Notes: generated from the letters alone by a model not told the origin. Counted from the first letter of the stretch, positions 27,073-37,331 are shown. The stretch: DNA of 64,000 bases from a bacterium ADurb.Bin157 (GCA_002070375.1 MWDD01000008.1:14260-78259), one strand, 5' to 3'. Made by a program: numbers and translations.

Positions 27073-28812
27073 ATGAAAAACACAATAAAAAACAAAAGCG
27101 GTATTGCTCTTTTCTTTGTTATTGCTACAATTGCCGTAATAAGTATAATTATAACCGGAATGATAGTTTTCATGCGCGGCGAGGTACATCACAGCGAAAA
27201 CTATGTAGACTCAACAGTTGCTTTACTGCTTGCGGAAGCCGGCGTGGAAGAAACCCTTTTCACGATTAAAAGCCAGATGAATGATGCGGGGAACCCATTT
27301 TATAATCTTATCACCAAAGAAGACGAGGGGTCACTTGACGTTGACCTCACAAGACTTTCTAAAGGCGCAGAAAACGTAGCACCCTTGGTTGAAGGTGGCA
27401 ACATCAAGGCTAAGCTTAGCTGGCAGCTCGACAAAAAAGCGGTTGAAGAGCTCGTAGGAAAAGGCGTACCTCGCGACATAGCCCGACAAGGTACAATAAC
27501 CATTAACTCGATGGGTATTTTTCATAACACGAAAAAACAAGTTGAAGTAAAAAAGACGCTTAAGGCTCTTTTGTTAAAAGGGCCGATATCAGCAAATGCA
27601 CTTGGCATGATTGCCCCCGATCACGGCTTATACTTCAAACTTGCAAACAGAGATTCCTTTAAAATTGAAGATTTCGACTTCTGGGATCCCTGGGGCTTTA
27701 TCATAAAAGGCGGAAAAACTTTTATGAAAGAAGGATTGGCTGCAGATTTGCCGAAGTGGCTGATGCTAACTAAAATGAAGGATGAGCTCGAACACCCTTG
27801 GCTTGATATGGGCATGGGCTGGACAGGGTGGAACGGCGGAGCCGACCTGTCACAAACCGAATTAGAATATGCAAATAACCCCATCACAAGGGGCTACTAC
27901 AAGTGGCAAGGCCTTTTAAGCTGGCCTTGGTGGAGAAAAACATCAAGCGAACTTTACAGCTCTAACACCAGAAAAATCGAAGAATACGAAGATAAGGCTG
28001 TCAATGTTTATCCGGCACAGGTTTATAAGGCTCTGGCAAACAGGGTAATAGATCCCACAGAAAAAAGAAGTGACTCTAAGTATTTCACAAGCATTAACTT
28101 CCAAGAAGCATTCGGGAGAAATGAAGTGAACTATAAAGACGTGCTTCCTATGTATGGTTGGGGCGATTGGAGAACCGTTAAAAATAATTTTTCCAAGTAT
28201 TTCGGCAATCCCACAAAAGCTCACGACACAAGCCGAGCAGTTGAAATAAACGGCCTTACTTATGTTAAGGGCGATGTATTCTTAGAAGGCTGGGTCAAAG
28301 GGCAGGGACTTTTGGTTGTAGAGGGAAACGTTTACATAGGCGGGGACGTGCTTATGCTGGATGATGACGCCGGAAACCAGTCTTGCCTTGGCATTATAGC
28401 ACTTAAATCACCTGAAGACAGCAGCAACGAGAACCCGAACACCGGCAAAGTCATATACGAACCACATCATGACAATGACTGGTCAAGATTCGGAATTACT
28501 CATCCCTTCAGAAACCTGAGTCCTATGCTCGAAGGCAGCATTTACGCCCAGGGAGGAATGCAGCTAAAAACAGACTCTCAAATGAAAAAGTTGTGCAACA
28601 TGGACATAGTCGGAAACTTAGCTGTTGATTATTTCGACAGAAGAGAGATGCCCAACGACATCAGAATAACTTATTACAATTGGCAAAGCGTTCTTGAGCG
28701 TAACTCTGATTACGATTACACCGTAGACAAAAAACAAGACTACACAAACCTATATGAACTTGCCATTTTAAAAGAACTCGTCAGCTGGAGAGAAGTGGAA
28801 GCTGTTTTATAA
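27073..28812 (+). CDS. Large exported/anchored protein with PilX_N-like N-terminus and beta-helix-like C-terminal region
   Basis: N-terminus KSGIALFFVIATIAVISIIITGMIVFMRGEVHHSENYVDSTVALLLAEAGVEE matches the PilX N-terminal pattern. GDVFLEGWVKGQGLLVVEGNVYIGGDV is bactofilin/beta-helix-like. Confidence 0.65.
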   Translation: MKNTIKNKSGIALFFVIATIAVISIIITGMIVFMRGEVHHSENYVDSTVALLLAEAGVEETLFTIKSQMNDAGNPFYNLITKEDEGSLDVDLTRLSKGAENVAPLVEGGNIKAKLSWQLDKKAVEELVGKGVPRDIARQGTITINSMGIFHNTKKQVEVKKTLKALLLKGPISANALGMIAPDHGLYFKLANRDSFKIEDFDFWDPWGFIIKGGKTFMKEGLAADLPKWLMLTKMKDELEHPWLDMGMGWTGWNGGADLSQTELEYANNPITRGYYKWQGLLSWPWWRKTSSELYSSNTRKIEEYEDKAVNVYPAQVYKALANRVIDPTEKRSDSKYFTSINFQEAFGRNEVNYKDVLPMYGWGDWRTVKNNFSKYFGNPTKAHDTSRAVEINGLTYVKGDVFLEGWVKGQGLLVVEGNVYIGGDVLMLDDDAGNQSCLGIIALKSPEDSSNENPNTGKVIYEPHHDNDWSRFGITHPFRNLSPMLEGSIYAQGGMQLKTDSQMKKLCNMDIVGNLAVDYFDRREMPNDIRITYYNWQSVLERNSDYDYTVDKKQDYTNLYELAILKELVSWREVEAVL

Positions 28813-28847
28813 CACTATTAAGTTAGATAATTTTACTTTCATGCCTT

Positions 28848-30419
28848 TTGAGGTCAGCTATCAAAAAACGTTTTTGGGTTATATTGTCAGTTTTGGTTCT
28901 CGTGCAACTCACTTTGCTCGAGTATTTTTCACAAAAATCTACGTTTGAATTTTCAAAATTTAGCTCAAACGTTTTTGCATTGGGACTTGAAGGGAATAAC
29001 GAAAACAATAACGCCGAAGCTGATGAAATCAGAGTGACTTCAATAAACCCGGCTAAGTGGTTTCCCTTAAAAAAAATTGAACATCCCGAAATTACCGGCG
29101 TGAGCATAGTTTCACAAGGGGCTTTCGATGTATTGGAATTCGAAATATCTGACCGCGTTAATGTAGTCAGAAAAAATCAAAGCAATCATTTTTTACAAAT
29201 CAGAATAAGCCCGCCGCTGAAGCCTATTAATTATAAAACATGGCTGAATTTAAAAAACAAATTTACAAGGTTTGGCATAAAACAAAGACCCGACCACACA
29301 GAAATAACATTAGCCACACAAAGCAAACTTAGCGCACCTTATACCGACACCGATTCAGAAGGTAAATTCAAGATTTATATACCCTATTTGGTAAGAGAAA
29401 CCACACAAAAATTTGAAAAAACTCAACGAATTTATGAGGGCATAGATTATTCAAAAGACAGAGTTTGCGTGGGTAATGATAAATTCACAGACATTCATAT
29501 ACTTAAAATTGAACCGCAAGCATTTAAAAATTCTGTTTATCCGGCTCTTGCAAATGAAGGCATAGCACAACGAGAAACATTATCTTCAATGGCAAAAAGG
29601 TACAACGCAATAGTCGGAATAAATGCCGGATATTTTACATCTCGCGGAGACCCCCTCGGGACTCTGATAATAGGAAGAAAACTTGTAAGTTCGCCTCTAT
29701 ATGGCAGATCCGTTTTTGGAATAACCGAAAATGATGCAGTGGTATTTGGAAACCCCGAATTTTCGGGGACATTAAAGGCCTCATCTTTTTCAGTGCCGAT
29801 AACAGCAATAAACCAACCCCGACGAGGAAGCAGCATTACGGTTTACACATCTGAATATGCCGACAGCACCCAAACCGAAGAAATAGGCAAAGAAATAATT
29901 CTTATAAAAGGAAAAATCGTCGGAATTCAAGAAATGAATGCTTCTATTCCTCCGGACGGCGTTGTAGTGTCGGCTGGCGGCAATTACACAAAGCTTTTTG
30001 AACAATTAAAACTTGGAGAGACTATCGACATCAACTATTCTGTGGCGCCACCATGGAACACTATAAGACAGGCTGTTTGCGGCGGACCGAGACTAATAGA
30101 AAACGGGAACATTTCAATAAATCATGCCGAGGAAAAATTTAACCCTGCTCTCGTTTCGGCAAGACACCCAAGAACAGCAATAGGGCTCTCTTTTGACGGA
30201 GATTTGATTATGATCGTTGTAGACGGCAGATCAAAACATAGCGCGGGGATGACGTTAAAAGAACTTGCTCTTTATTTGCAAAAAATGCGGATAAGACACG
30301 CCATAAATCTTGACGGCGGCGGTTCTTCGACTATGGTAGTAAAAGGGCGCATTGTTAATGCGCCCTCTGACGGTTCTGAAAGAAAAATCTCAAACGGGTT
30401 ATTAATTCTTAAGCCTTAA
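28848..30419 (+). CDS. Phosphodiester glycosidase family protein (NAGPA/DUF2233 domain)
   Basis: The C-terminal domain carries ...AVCGGPRLIENG..., ...PRTAIGLSFDGDLIMIVVDGR... and ...AINLDGGGSSTMVV.... Confidence 0.8.
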   Translation: MRSAIKKRFWVILSVLVLVQLTLLEYFSQKSTFEFSKFSSNVFALGLEGNNENNNAEADEIRVTSINPAKWFPLKKIEHPEITGVSIVSQGAFDVLEFEISDRVNVVRKNQSNHFLQIRISPPLKPINYKTWLNLKNKFTRFGIKQRPDHTEITLATQSKLSAPYTDTDSEGKFKIYIPYLVRETTQKFEKTQRIYEGIDYSKDRVCVGNDKFTDIHILKIEPQAFKNSVYPALANEGIAQRETLSSMAKRYNAIVGINAGYFTSRGDPLGTLIIGRKLVSSPLYGRSVFGITENDAVVFGNPEFSGTLKASSFSVPITAINQPRRGSSITVYTSEYADSTQTEEIGKEIILIKGKIVGIQEMNASIPPDGVVVSAGGNYTKLFEQLKLGETIDINYSVAPPWNTIRQAVCGGPRLIENGNISINHAEEKFNPALVSARHPRTAIGLSFDGDLIMIVVDGRSKHSAGMTLKELALYLQKMRIRHAINLDGGGSSTMVVKGRIVNAPSDGSERKISNGLLILKP

Positions 30420-32028
30420 TTTTCTTGGCTTCTTCTCGCAATTCCCGGCGCAAAATTTTACCGACGGCGCTCTTTGGAAGCGAATCTCTAAACTCAACTT
30501 CTCTTGGCAACTTATAGTTAGCCAAGTTTTTGCGGCAATAAGTTACCAATTCGGTTTTATCGAGAGTCTCGCCTTCATTCAATACCACAAAAGCCTTTAC
30601 GGCTTCACCCCTAATTTGATCTTTTATACCTATTACAACGGCTTCTTTTATCTTAGGGTGCGCAAAAAGCACTTCTTCTACCTCACGAGGGTAAATATTG
30701 TAACCTCCGCTTATAATCAAATCTTTTTTTCGATCAGTTATATAGAAAAACCCATCTTTATCGTAACAAGCAATGTCTCCGGTGTAAAGCCAACCGTCGC
30801 GCAACACCATTTCGGTTTGCCCCGGCTGCTTGTAGTAACCTTTCATCACTTGAGGACCACGAACACACAACTCTCCGTGCTCGCCAACCCCAAGTTCTTT
30901 GACACCGTATTCAACATCGACAATCTTGGTTTCTGTTGAGGGAATAGGAACTCCGATTGAACCGGGTCTTCTTACTTTTCCGAGGGCAGGCGAAAAATGT
31001 GTAACCGGTGATGTCTCGCTTAAACCGTATCCCTCAGAAATTCGGGCGCCGGTTTTTTTCTCGAAGGTCTCCATTTGCGAAACCGGCAAGGGCGCAGAAC
31101 CGGAAATAATGAGTTTTAAACTCGACAAATCATAAGAATCTATATCCTTTTGGCTCAAACATGCCCCAAATATAGAGGGCGCAGAAGCCATTGTTGTAAT
31201 TTTCTCGGCTTGAATTGCGCTCAACAAGCCTCTGGGTGTAAACCTGAGAACGGGTATTATTTCTGATGCCAAAAGCACCGGCAAAATAACCGACATTTGA
31301 AGGCCATAAATATGAAAAAATGGTAAAACTCCCACAAATTTTTCTTTGCCGGTTTTCAAAACAACCCCAAAAATCTGTTTGCACTGTTCTGCATTTGCAC
31401 TCAAATTCTTGTGGGTCAGCATACAACCTTTAGAGATTCCGGTGGTCCCGCCGGTGTATTGCAATAATGCCAAATCGTTTTCGGAATCAATATGTTTTGC
31501 CGTATACCCCCTGTTTTGCATTAACAGTTCTTCCCAGGGTAAGACGCGCTCATCGCTGAAATCTATTTCTGTATTGTTTTCGGTTTTGACGACAAAAACT
31601 TTCTCAAGTTTTGTTTTATCAATGATGCCCATAACTTTTCCGATAAGTAAATCATTGGTTATTAGCATTTTTGAGTCAGAATCAATAATTTGCGTCAAAA
31701 GCTCTTTTTCTGAATAGAGAGGGTTAGTCATAACACCGACGGTAGCACCTCTCACCACACTCCAAAAAGCCAAAACAGTCTCGTTGCAATTAGGCAAGAA
31801 CAAACAAATTTTTTCTTGTCTGTGCAAACCGAATAAACGCAGATTGCCTGCAATAACGGAGGTTATTCGGTTGAATTCCTTATAATTTATTACGCCGTTT
31901 TCACCCTTTAAAGCCGGCAGATCCGGATAATTTTTCGCAGTATTCTCAATTAAATCTGCCAATGACGGCACTTCTTTTATTATTCGCTCGACACCAACGT
32001 CATATTCATTAAGCCAAATTTTTTCCAT
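30409..32028 (-). CDS. fadD: Long-chain-fatty-acid--CoA ligase (AMP-binding enzyme)
   Basis: YTGGTTGISKGCMLTH, GYGLSETSP, YTGDI and the conserved GKILRREL. I prefer ATG at 32028 (GAGGAAG RBS) over the track start at 32070. Confidence 0.9.
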   Translation of the reverse strand: MEKIWLNEYDVGVERIIKEVPSLADLIENTAKNYPDLPALKGENGVINYKEFNRITSVIAGNLRLFGLHRQEKICLFLPNCNETVLAFWSVVRGATVGVMTNPLYSEKELLTQIIDSDSKMLITNDLLIGKVMGIIDKTKLEKVFVVKTENNTEIDFSDERVLPWEELLMQNRGYTAKHIDSENDLALLQYTGGTTGISKGCMLTHKNLSANAEQCKQIFGVVLKTGKEKFVGVLPFFHIYGLQMSVILPVLLASEIIPVLRFTPRGLLSAIQAEKITTMASAPSIFGACLSQKDIDSYDLSSLKLIISGSAPLPVSQMETFEKKTGARISEGYGLSETSPVTHFSPALGKVRRPGSIGVPIPSTETKIVDVEYGVKELGVGEHGELCVRGPQVMKGYYKQPGQTEMVLRDGWLYTGDIACYDKDGFFYITDRKKDLIISGGYNIYPREVEEVLFAHPKIKEAVVIGIKDQIRGEAVKAFVVLNEGETLDKTELVTYCRKNLANYKLPREVEFRDSLPKSAVGKILRRELREEAKKIKA

Positions 32029-32104
32029 AAAGACTTCCTCAATAAATTTTTGCGACGAATTGTACCACACACTCAGTCAAAAAACAAATTCGCCGCCAAA
32101 CAGT

Positions 32105-33181
32105 TTATTTGGGAAGCATGTAATCGGTTCTGTCTTCTTTGCTCAAAGGTTGCTGCCAAGTACCTTCTTTGAGCATTTTGCGGAACTTCTTGCCAAAAAT
32201 TGCTCCGTATCGGTTTATGTAATCTTCTTGTTTGTCTTTACCTTCCAAAAATAGGGAGCCAAGGCTTTCAATTTCGGCAACCGATCTGCTTACAATGCCT
32301 GATCTTACAATTGCATACATTCCGATGCCAAAAAAATGATACCAAGCACCGTAGTTATCCCCCATTTCTATTGAGTCATGGCGAATGTAGGCAAGTTTTT
32401 TTTGAATCGGATCGTTTTCTCTGTCAACACGATACGGGTCTCCGGCCAAAACATTCTCTGCCGTAAGCATTGTTAGGTAAACGTTTCCGCGATTTAAAAC
32501 ATAGCTTTCCATGAACATATGGTGTATTTGCATTTTTCTATCGGGATAAAGCATAATTCGCTTTTTTAAAGCTTCTTCTTTTCCGGTGATGGCGTATCTT
32601 GAAGTCCAACCGCATGCAAGCAACAAAAAGATTTTTGATCTAAAAAACAAAGGGCTCGGAAACTCTTTTTGTTTTCTGAAGATATGCCGCCCAAAACGAT
32701 GCCAAAACCCGTAAGCAAGATAACGCTTAGCTTCAGGCGACCATTCGTGCTCTTTTCCGAGTTCGGGGACTATATTGGGATAATATGCAAGCATAATTTG
32801 CCGGCATTTATTCAGCAGGCGGTCTACATCTATGGGCACAGTTTTACCGATTTCAAAGCCCAACTCATCTTTTTTTGCTTCTTCGAGAGCCTTTAACTCT
32901 TTTTCTTTTTGGATTTCGGCTTGAGGGTAAGAGCTCTTAACCAAAGACTGAAGTATTTTCATCGGTATTTGATCAAGCTTTCGTATCAAAAAAGCATCAC
33001 CCTTAGGATCAACCATTTTAGGCTCGGTTTGCTGATAATGGACAGCTTCGTAATTAGCTTTTATCCATTTTTTAAATTCTTTTTTGTTTTCTTTTTTATT
33101 GTCTTCAAACTCGCCATAAATTGGAGCCGCTGACATTATTACAGCTAACAAAAAAAACAACACCCTAAAACGCTTTGCCAT
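32105..33181 (-). CDS. Hypothetical secreted protein
   Basis: Signal peptide MAKRFRVLFFLLAVIMSAAPIYG. AAGAGG RBS 6 nt before ATG at 33181 (track start 33208). No recognised domain. Confidence 0.6.
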   Translation of the reverse strand: MAKRFRVLFFLLAVIMSAAPIYGEFEDNKKENKKEFKKWIKANYEAVHYQQTEPKMVDPKGDAFLIRKLDQIPMKILQSLVKSSYPQAEIQKEKELKALEEAKKDELGFEIGKTVPIDVDRLLNKCRQIMLAYYPNIVPELGKEHEWSPEAKRYLAYGFWHRFGRHIFRKQKEFPSPLFFRSKIFLLLACGWTSRYAITGKEEALKKRIMLYPDRKMQIHHMFMESYVLNRGNVYLTMLTAENVLAGDPYRVDRENDPIQKKLAYIRHDSIEMGDNYGAWYHFFGIGMYAIVRSGIVSRSVAEIESLGSLFLEGKDKQEDYINRYGAIFGKKFRKMLKEGTWQQPLSKEDRTDYMLPK

Positions 33182-33271
33182 TTTGAACCTCTTAATATAC
33201 GTGTACATTTAAGTATACTCAGAACAAAGCATTGCGTAAAGGTATTAGGCCGGTTTTATGTAAAATACTTT

Positions 33272-34210
33272 TTACCCTGCTGCAGGTTTATTAGTGTCCA
33301 GTTTTAATCTTTTTAATAATACGCCTTTTCTGCCTTCGGGATCTTTTTGCAATAAGACTAAACTTCCGTCAGGTGCTAATCTGCAATATCTCATTATGCC
33401 ATCGGCCGGAGAATCTGTAATCACTCTTTGAGCAACAATCTCTTGATCTTTGACTGCATAAACTGTTACTTCTTGGTTTAATTCGCCCGCGGCAGTAATC
33501 ACCTTAAAGATATCTCTGCGATTTTTATCTTGTCCCAGAAACTCGACACTTAAGATAACCTTTGGCTCAGCAGGCTTGGGGGCCTGCCAAAGCAGCGAAT
33601 CGGCTTTTCCATTAATAAATGCCTTGTCATTGTAAACAACACCGTTTTCGGTGTATTCGGGCGGAGCAATTTGCACAGAATCGCTGTTTCGAGGTTCAAT
33701 TTCAGTATATTGAGGCATCAAAGAGGCTGCTCCGTTGCGTAAAACCTGTAAAACCCTTTCTTCGGAATCTTTCAGATACCAAGAGTTTTTACCCGCAGAA
33801 ATCATCAAGGGCTTAACTTTTGAGCCTTCAAACTGAAGTTTAATGCGCTTAAAGGCATTAGGATTCTTTAAATTTAACGAAAATACTTCAGAAAAAGAAT
33901 AACCGCAAAATAGCAAATTACTCGAATCAACTGCCATATCGCACAAAGAGGCTTCTTCATTAGGTTTAGCGGTTAACTTTGGTAAGCGAATTGTTTTTTG
34001 CGCACCTTTTGATGTTATTTGAACAAGCTTGTGATCTTTTGTCAGCAAATAAACTGTATTATTTTGCGCAACTGCCATGCTTACAAAATTGCCGGGAACA
34101 AAAATTCCGCCCTCAGAAGACTCTCGCTGAGCCTTTACAGCTGATGATGCAAACATAATTGCCGGGGTTATAACTATTAGCCCTATAATGATTAGCATTA
34201 TTTTTTTCAC
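33272..34210 (-). CDS. Hypothetical secreted protein
   Basis: Signal peptide MKKIMLIIIGLIVITPAIMFASSA. Beta-rich composition. No recognised domain. Confidence 0.6.
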   Translation of the reverse strand: MKKIMLIIIGLIVITPAIMFASSAVKAQRESSEGGIFVPGNFVSMAVAQNNTVYLLTKDHKLVQITSKGAQKTIRLPKLTAKPNEEASLCDMAVDSSNLLFCGYSFSEVFSLNLKNPNAFKRIKLQFEGSKVKPLMISAGKNSWYLKDSEERVLQVLRNGAASLMPQYTEIEPRNSDSVQIAPPEYTENGVVYNDKAFINGKADSLLWQAPKPAEPKVILSVEFLGQDKNRRDIFKVITAAGELNQEVTVYAVKDQEIVAQRVITDSPADGIMRYCRLAPDGSLVLLQKDPEGRKGVLLKRLKLDTNKPAAG

Positions 34211-34241
34211 TTATTTTTCTCCACTTAACTGAGAATTTCTA

Positions 34242-35252
34242 TTAATCAATTGTTAGACAAGGATGAGTTCCTGCGCCTCTCCACCAAGCCGAAAATTCGG
34301 AAAAAGACATGGATCTTTCTACAGTAGTTGGCCACGGATCATTAAAATAAATTCTGCCTGAATCGTCTATTCCTGTTATTACCACATAATGGCCCTTAAC
34401 ATGCGCCACCAAAGGCTTGCCTGCTTTAATTTTTTCGCGCACCCATGATTCTGAGACGCACCAATTCATTTTTGCATTTGGGAAACCGTAATGCGCTGCT
34501 CCTCGAATTAAGCCTGCATGACCTGTGCCATCGCTTGCAGTGCTGCCGCAAATATTCCAAAGATTTGAGGCTAATTCGCTTACGTCTTTGCCGGTGTAAT
34601 AACTCAACACCATGGCCAAAGAAGTCGGGCCGCAAGCAGAGTTTGGTGCCGGGCAATTAACTTGTCTTTGACATTTTTTTGGTACATTGATAACCACTTT
34701 GCCGTTACTGCCTGTACTAACACGACCGGCAGTATTGGTTTCGCGCTGCTCATTAACAACTACAGGCTTGGGAGTTTTGCCTTCTGCTCCGTCTTTTGAA
34801 GCCGCAACACCCTCTTTTAAAGCAAGAGCACCGCCGTTTTTTGTATCGCCGGGGTAATAAGGTTCCACACCGGAGGCCGCTTTATCTGCTGTTGAAACAT
34901 AGTTTTTATGCATATAGCCTTGTTGGCCATTAATTTCAACTAAGTAAAATTCGCCCGACTCGCCCAAAACATTAAGAGGAGTGCCTGTAGTATAAGAAGC
35001 CTTTACATCACCCCAGGGCCAAGAACGTAAACGCAAAGTAGAATCACCTACGTTTACTATTCCCGTTTTTGGAAAACCTTCCTTTTCTGTAATACCCGAA
35101 GCCAATGCCACATCAACATCAACTATATTAGCGGGCATAGAAGCCACAGAACGAGCTGTAACGCTAACGGGGTTGCCTTCAAAGGGAGTTGCAAAAGAAA
35201 TGCTTGCAAACAACGATAAAATTAAAGCAAAAAACATATAATATCGTTTCAT
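34242..35252 (-). CDS. Secreted SH3b-domain protein with C39-like cysteine peptidase domain
   Basis: Signal peptide. SH3b LRLRSWPWGDVKASYTTGTPLNVLGESGEFYLVEINGQQGYMHKNYV. C39_2-like CGPTSLAMVLSYY ... GHYVVITGID. Confidence 0.75.
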   Translation of the reverse strand: MKRYYMFFALILSLFASISFATPFEGNPVSVTARSVASMPANIVDVDVALASGITEKEGFPKTGIVNVGDSTLRLRSWPWGDVKASYTTGTPLNVLGESGEFYLVEINGQQGYMHKNYVSTADKAASGVEPYYPGDTKNGGALALKEGVAASKDGAEGKTPKPVVVNEQRETNTAGRVSTGSNGKVVINVPKKCQRQVNCPAPNSACGPTSLAMVLSYYTGKDVSELASNLWNICGSTASDGTGHAGLIRGAAHYGFPNAKMNWCVSESWVREKIKAGKPLVAHVKGHYVVITGIDDSGRIYFNDPWPTTVERSMSFSEFSAWWRGAGTHPCLTID

Positions 35253-35311
35253 TATGGTTCTCCTTACGGTTTATATATACTTTACCATAAAAAACGAATT
35301 AAGTTTATTTA

Positions 35312-36700
35312 TTATTTGTACACAATCTGCTCAGCTTTGCCATTCTTCGCTTTTTTAAAAAGTTCAAAAGCTATTTGCCCGGCCACAGAGGGTGCTTTAA
35401 CAGCACTATGATCCGACTGTCCTACTAGCGTTGTAATGGTAAGCATTTTACCCGTAATTTTTGTAAAACCACCAAACCAAGTAAATAAATAGTTTGGATA
35501 AGCCCCCGTCAAAGTTCCGGTTTTACCACCGCAAAGGTTTGCCAAATTAGGGCATGTTTTATATCCGCCAAAGCCCTTTTTGGCAGTTCCAACCGCTGTT
35601 GTGGCATACATCATTTTATGCATAAGCGTTGCTGTTTCGGGTTTAATTGGCTTTCCAAGGATAAAAGGCTTTCGCTTAAACACAACCTTATCATTTCGCA
35701 TAACGTAGTCAACCAAATAAGGCTTAAGCGTTCTGCCATTATTAATAACCGTAGAAACCATATTAGATACGTGAATAGGACTAATCAAAAAACTTTTATT
35801 AAGCCCCGCAGCCGCTTCTTCGAATTGAGTCTGTTTTAGCGGGAAATCTGCAATAGACTTTGTAACAGGCAAATCAAAAAAGAAAGAACGGTTGAAACCA
35901 AATAATCGGGTATATTTTTCTAACGTCTCTCTACCTATTTGTCGAGCCATTCTGCCGAAAACACCGTTGTGTGAAGCGGCAAAAGCCTTCCATACTTTCA
36001 TATAACGTTTCTGTTCAGAAATAAAATTGCTGTTGGGCGTTAATTTACCGCTATCGATTCCGGCAGCCGAAGTTATTATTTTAAATATAGAGGCAGCGGG
36101 AAAAGCAGCTTGAAGTGCCCAGTTATCGGATTTATAGTCATCTTCGAGTATGCCGGTAACCAAATTTTTATTGCTTGAGGACATGGCGAGTATTTCGCCT
36201 GTATAAGGATCTTGAATTATTCCAACCGCCATTCTTGAATCATATTTTGCCAAAACAGATTCGATCATTTCTTGCAGTTCCGGGCGAATTGTTAAAACAA
36301 TATAACTGTCGGCGTCATACCTTACTATGTATCTGTCTATTATGTGTGCGTATTCCCACTTTTTCTCTTTAATGGCTTTAATATAATCTAAAGCAGAAGG
36401 CCCGTTGTCTTCTTTGACAACGGTTTTTACCTTTTTTACGGGTTTTACATTTTCAACCGAAATTTCCGGCTTTTGCGAACCCCCGCTCTCAATTAACACT
36501 TCACCTTCAGTATGCGTTGGTGTATCTAACGACTTTAATCGAGGGGATATTTCAAATTTTTTCGAAGCAGTATTAGGTGAGCCTTTTCCGACAGAAGGCA
36601 ATGACAAAGCATCAACAACTTTTAAATCTAAAGTCAATACCAAAAATGTCACATAGGTGACAAAAAATAGTATGCTTTTAAATTTAGAGCTGTTAAACAT
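35312..36700 (-). CDS. Penicillin-binding protein, transpeptidase domain (class B-like, short N-terminal region)
   Basis: SxxK = ASIFK, SxN = SHN, KTG = GGKTGT. N-terminal membrane anchor. Confidence 0.85.
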   Translation of the reverse strand: MFNSSKFKSILFFVTYVTFLVLTLDLKVVDALSLPSVGKGSPNTASKKFEISPRLKSLDTPTHTEGEVLIESGGSQKPEISVENVKPVKKVKTVVKEDNGPSALDYIKAIKEKKWEYAHIIDRYIVRYDADSYIVLTIRPELQEMIESVLAKYDSRMAVGIIQDPYTGEILAMSSSNKNLVTGILEDDYKSDNWALQAAFPAASIFKIITSAAGIDSGKLTPNSNFISEQKRYMKVWKAFAASHNGVFGRMARQIGRETLEKYTRLFGFNRSFFFDLPVTKSIADFPLKQTQFEEAAAGLNKSFLISPIHVSNMVSTVINNGRTLKPYLVDYVMRNDKVVFKRKPFILGKPIKPETATLMHKMMYATTAVGTAKKGFGGYKTCPNLANLCGGKTGTLTGAYPNYLFTWFGGFTKITGKMLTITTLVGQSDHSAVKAPSVAGQIAFELFKKAKNGKAEQIVYK

Positions 36701-36713
36701 TTATTTGGTTCCG

Positions 36714-37256
36714 TCAGTTATTCACTTTTATACTGCTGAGCAAGCCGGCACGAGGTGCTTTGATCATTGCACCCTGTTGCAGAGTTTTGTCGTCTGTTAT
36801 TCTGTTAAGTCTGATAAGTGATTGAAGTAATTGGCTATTACCGTATAATTTTTTGGAAATCTTTTCTAAAGTGTCGCCGGATTTTATTCTGTATTCTACA
36901 AATCTGTCGCCGCTCAGCTGCACACAAATTCCGTCTTCTTCATTTTGAGCCAAATCGGTATCAATTTTAGCGTCGGGAATATTATTACGGGCATAATCTT
37001 TACTGGCCGGAGCAAAAGCACCCTCAGGCGCCACTTTTAAAGCGGTGCGAATATTAGCTTCACTTATAAGACTGTCAATACGGCCAACAAGGATAGGCGA
37101 AGCCGGACGTTCAATACCCGGAACAAGGTCGCTTTGCGGACCGATATCACCGTGAATAGTAAATGCAAAAGCAATTTGCAGCAAAAACAATCCCGTCAAA
37201 AAAAATAAAAATAAACTATGTTGAGTCTTTGGTTTGTTTTCAATATGTGATTTCAT
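36714..37256 (-). CDS. LysM domain protein (membrane anchored)
   Basis: TM anchor plus C-terminal LysM YRIKSGDTLEKISKKLYGNSQLLQSLIRLNRITDDKTLQQGAMIKAP. AGGAGG RBS. Confidence 0.8.
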   Translation of the reverse strand: MKSHIENKPKTQHSLFLFFLTGLFLLQIAFAFTIHGDIGPQSDLVPGIERPASPILVGRIDSLISEANIRTALKVAPEGAFAPASKDYARNNIPDAKIDTDLAQNEEDGICVQLSGDRFVEYRIKSGDTLEKISKKLYGNSQLLQSLIRLNRITDDKTLQQGAMIKAPRAGLLSSIKVNN

Positions 37257-37284
37257 ACCGGCCTCCTGATATTCTTCAATGTAA

Positions 37285-37312
37285 CTATCGGCATAACGGA
37301 ATTATTTGTTTA
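37285..37312 (-). promoter_or_regulatory. Candidate sigma28/sigmaD-type promoter (TAAA-N16-GCCGATAG) upstream of the LysM-PBP-SH3b/C39 genes
   Basis: The minus strand reads TAAACAAATAATTCCGTTATGCCGATAG. The -10 ends 29 nt upstream of the LysM ATG at 37256. Confidence 0.45.
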
Positions 37313-37331
37313 TTAAATCTGACATAACAAG

